From Laetmonice hystrix (Eukaryota), in contig OZ249436.1 of assembly GCA_965235115.1 (NCBI GenBank), positions 8,930,001 through 8,994,000 of the forward strand: DNA of 64,000 nt. The letters are read 5' to 3'. Shown piece after piece: positions 60,755 through 64,000 of this stretch (position 1 is the stretch's first letter; the number at the start of each line of letters is the position of its first letter). A model generated the notes under the pieces. That model was not told the DNA's origin, made no database searches, and saw only the letters and a program-made list of their open reading frames with translations. A program made the position numbers and the translations under genes.

Positions 60755-62852
60755 GAGGACTATACAACTTTTCTCTTTAGGGACATTGTCAAAGTAATTG
60801 GGTTACCCCTGATGCCCGTGCATTTCAAAAGAAAAATACAGTCTACGCCAGTGCCAGGATTACCTTAACAGTCAATGTTCGGTAGAAATCATGTGTAGCT
60901 CTAACTAGGAAAATATGGATTCAGTCTCATTTAAAAAAGATGTGTGTAGGGGGGAGGGTCCATTGTCCTGCTCGACCACCAAAGCTCCTTTTTTTAGGGG
61001 AGTGGCGGTGGCCTAGTGGGCATGGATGTCGACACCTTATGCTATGCGAATGGGTGCAGTAATCTTAGGGCCTGGGTTCGATTCCTGTAGAGGACTATAC
61101 AACTTTTCTCTTTAGGGACATTGTCAAAGTAATTGGGTTACCCCTGATGCCCGTGCATTTCAAAAGAAAAATACAGTCTACGCCAGTGCCAGGATTACCT
61201 TAACAGTCAATGTTCGGTAGAAATCATGTGTAGCTCTAACTAGGAAAATATGGATTCAGTCTCATTTAAAAAAGATGTGTGTAGGGGGGAGGGTCCATTG
61301 TCCTGCTCGACCACCAAAGCTCCTTTTTTTAGGGGAGTGGCGGTGGCCTAGTGGGCATGGATGTCGACACCTTATGCTATGCGAATGGGTGCAGTAATCT
61401 TAGGGCCTGGGTTCGATTCCTGTAGAGGACTATACAACTTTTCTCTTTAGGGACATTGTCAAAGTAATTGGGTTACCCCTGATGCCCGTGCATTTCAAAA
61501 GAAAAATACAGTCTACGCCAGTGCCAGGATTACCTTAACAGTCAATGTTCGGTAGAAATCATGTGTAGCTCTAACTAGGAAAATATGGATTCAGTCTCAT
61601 TTAAAAAAGATGTGTGTAGGGGGGAGGGTCCATTGTCCTGCTCGACCACCAAAGCTCCTTTTTTTAGGGGAGTGGCGGTGGCCTAGTGGGCATGGATGTC
61701 GACACCTTATGCTATGCGAATGGGTGCAGTAATCTTAGGGCCTGGGTTCGATTCCTGTAGAGGACTATACAACTTTTCTCTTTAGGGACATTGTCAAAGT
61801 AATTGGGTTACCCCTGATGCCCGTGCATTTCAAAAGAAAAATACAGTCTACGCCAGTGCCAGGATTACCTTAACAGTCAATGTTCGGTAGAAATCATGTG
61901 TAGCTCTAACTAGGAAAATATGGATTCAGTCTCATTTAAAAAAGATGTGTGTAGGGGGGAGGGTCCATTGTCCTGCTCGACCACCAAAGCTCCTTTTTTT
62001 AGGGGAGTGGCGGTGGCCTAGTGGGCATGGATGTCGACACCTTATGCTATGCGAATGGGTGCAGTAATCTTAGGGCCTGGGTTCGATTCCTGTAGAGGAC
62101 TATACAACTTTTCTCTTTAGGGACATTGTCAAAGTAATTGGGTTACCCCTGATGCCCGTGCATTTCAAAAGAAAAATACAGTCTACGCCAGTGCCAGGAT
62201 TACCTTAACAGTCAATGTTCGGTAGAAATCATGTGTAGCTCTAACTAGGAAAATATGGATTCAGTCTCATTTAAAAAAGATGTGTGTAGGGGGGAGGGTC
62301 CATTGTCCTGCTCGACCACCAAAGCTCCTTTTTTTAGGGGAGTGGCGGTGGCCTAGTGGGCATGGATGTCGACACCTTATGCTATGCGAATGGGTGCAGT
62401 AATCTTAGGGCCTGGGTTCGATTCCTGTAGAGGACTATACAACTTTTCTCTTTAGGGACATTGTCAAAGTAATTGGGTTACCCCTGATGCCCGTGCATTT
62501 CAAAAGAAAAATACAGTCTACGCCAGTGCCAGGATTACCTTAACAGTCAATGTTCGGTAGAAATCATGTGTAGCTCTAACTAGGAAAATATGGATTCAGT
62601 CTCATTTAAAAAAGATGTGTGTAGGGGGGAGGGTCCATTGTCCTGCTCGACCACCAAAGCTCCTTTTTTTAGGGGAGTGGCGGTGGCCTAGTGGGCATGG
62701 ATGTCGACACCTTATGCTATGCGAATGGGTGCAGTAATCTTAGGGCCTGGGTTCGATTCCTGTAGAGGACTATACAACTTTTCTCTTTAGGGACATTGTC
62801 AAAGTAATTGGGTTACCCCTGATGCCCGTGCATTTCAAAAGAAAAATACAGT
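60755..62852. repeat. Tandem array of a 335-bp unit, 6.26 apparently identical copies
   Basis: GAGGACTATACAAC starts at 60755, 61090, 61425, 61760, 62095, 62430, 62765. No differences seen between copies by eye. Confidence 0.97.
61002..61107 (+). promoter_or_regulatory. tRNA-type (type 2) RNA polymerase III internal promoter / tRNA-derived SINE-like head; repeated at +335 intervals (6 copies, last 62677-62782)
   Basis: A box TGGCCTAGTGG (61009-61019), B box GGTTCGATTCC (61075-61085), T7 run upstream (60989-60995), TTTT downstream (61104-61107). The acceptor and D stems do not pair, so this is not a canonical tRNA. Confidence 0.7.
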
Positions 62853-64000
62853 GATGGCTCCCTAGATGTATTGACCGGCCTAAGGCTGGAGCAAACACTA
62901 CAGTGAGGGCTGCCAACATGGACTGACGGGCCTTATACTCGAGCAAACACTACAGTGAGGGCTCCCTACGTGGATTGACTGGAATTATACTCGAGTAAAC
63001 ACTACAGTGAGGGTTCCCTACATGTATTCAGTGGCGTCATACTCGAGCAAACACTACGGTGAGGGCTCCTTAGAGGTATTGACCGGCCTAAGACTGGAGC
63101 AAGCACTACAGACGTGAGGGCTGCCAACATGGACTGACGGGCCTTATCCTCGAGCAAACACTACAGTGAGAGCGACCTACATGTAATGACAGGACTTATA
63201 CTCGAGCAAACACTACAGTGAGGGCTCCCTATGTGGATTGACTGGAATTATACTCGAGTAAACACTACAGTGAGGGCTCTCTACATGTATTGACTGAGCT
63301 TAGACTGAAGCAAACACTACAGTGAGGGCTCCCTACATGTAGTGACTGGCCTCAGACTGCAGCAAACACTACAGCTAGTGAGGACTCTCTACATGTACTG
63401 ACTGGCCTTATACTCGAGTAAACACTAGAGTGAGGGCTGCCCACATGGACTGACTGGCCTTATACTCGAGCAAACACTACAGTGGGGGCTGCCTACATGT
63501 ACTGTCTGGCCTTAAACTCGAGCAAACACTAAAGTGAGGACTCTCTATATGTACTGACTGGCCTTATACTCGAGCAAACACTACAGTGAGGCTGCCCACA
63601 TGGACTGACTGGTCTGAATTATACTCGAGCAAACACTACAGTGAGGGTTACCTACATGTATTGACTGGCCTCAGACTGCAGCAAACACTACAGTGAGGGC
63701 AGCCAACATGTATTGATGGCCTTAAACTCGAGCAAAAACTACAGTGAGGAGTTTCTACATGTATTGACTGAGCTTCGACTGATGCAAACACTGCAGTGAG
63801 GGCTCCCTACATGTATTGACTGGCCTCAGACTGCAGCAAACACTACAGCTAGTGAGGACTCTCTACATGTACTGACTGGCCTTATACTCGAGTAAACACT
63901 AGAGTGAGGGCTGCCCACATGGACTGACTGGCCTTATACTCGAGCAAACACTACAGTGGGGGCTGCCTACATGTACTGTCTGGCCTTAAACTCGAGCAAA
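62847..64000 (+). repeat. 52-bp minisatellite (approx. TACAGTGAGGGCTCCCTACATGTAYTGACTGGCCTTATACTCGAGCAAACAC), ~22 diverged units, continues past the window end
   Basis: GAG(C/T)AAACAC at 62941, 62993, 63045 (52-bp period). Units contain palindromes CTCGAG and TACATGTA. Confidence 0.95.

Noticed and set aside
61002..61095. Functional tRNA genes in the 335-bp unit
   Set aside because: A/B boxes are present, but the 5' GTGGCGG has no complementary 3' acceptor strand, the D and T stems are poor and no clear anticodon arm is seen.
62847..64000. CRISPR-like array (constant GCAAACACTACAGTGAGG plus variable intervening sequence)
   Set aside because: The intervening segments are homologous to one another, there are no cas genes, and the context is eukaryotic.

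Overview
Eukaryotic, probably invertebrate animal, heterochromatin-like window with no host gene. Positions 1-~60,396 are a head-to-tail satellite array of ~58.5 monomers of 848/866 bp. It has a 3-monomer (2,562-bp) higher-order repeat and larger nested duplications at offsets of 9,308 bp, ~12.9/14.6 kb and 1,714 bp. The array is interrupted twice by the same ~5.24-kb, apparently full-length CR1-group non-LTR retrotransposon (30,460-35,694 and 43,380-48,620). The two copies derive from one insertion that was later duplicated with its flanks. The most notable feature is the element's ORF1: a coiled-coil + L1-type RRM ORF1p fused to a complete C-terminal NADAR (YbiA/DUF1768) domain, a family of N-glycosidases / guanine-ADP-ribosyl hydrolases, which I do not know as a standard LINE ORF1 module. 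ORF2 is an intact APE endonuclease-reverse transcriptase. The last 3.6 kb is the array edge. It contains a 52-bp minisatellite in both orientations, visibly homologous to part of the 848-bp monomer, into which 6.26 apparently identical 335-bp units with tRNA-type Pol III A/B boxes are inserted without a target-site duplication. All short ORFs in the satellite are regarded as non-coding artefacts. All comparisons were made by eye; no database searches were run.
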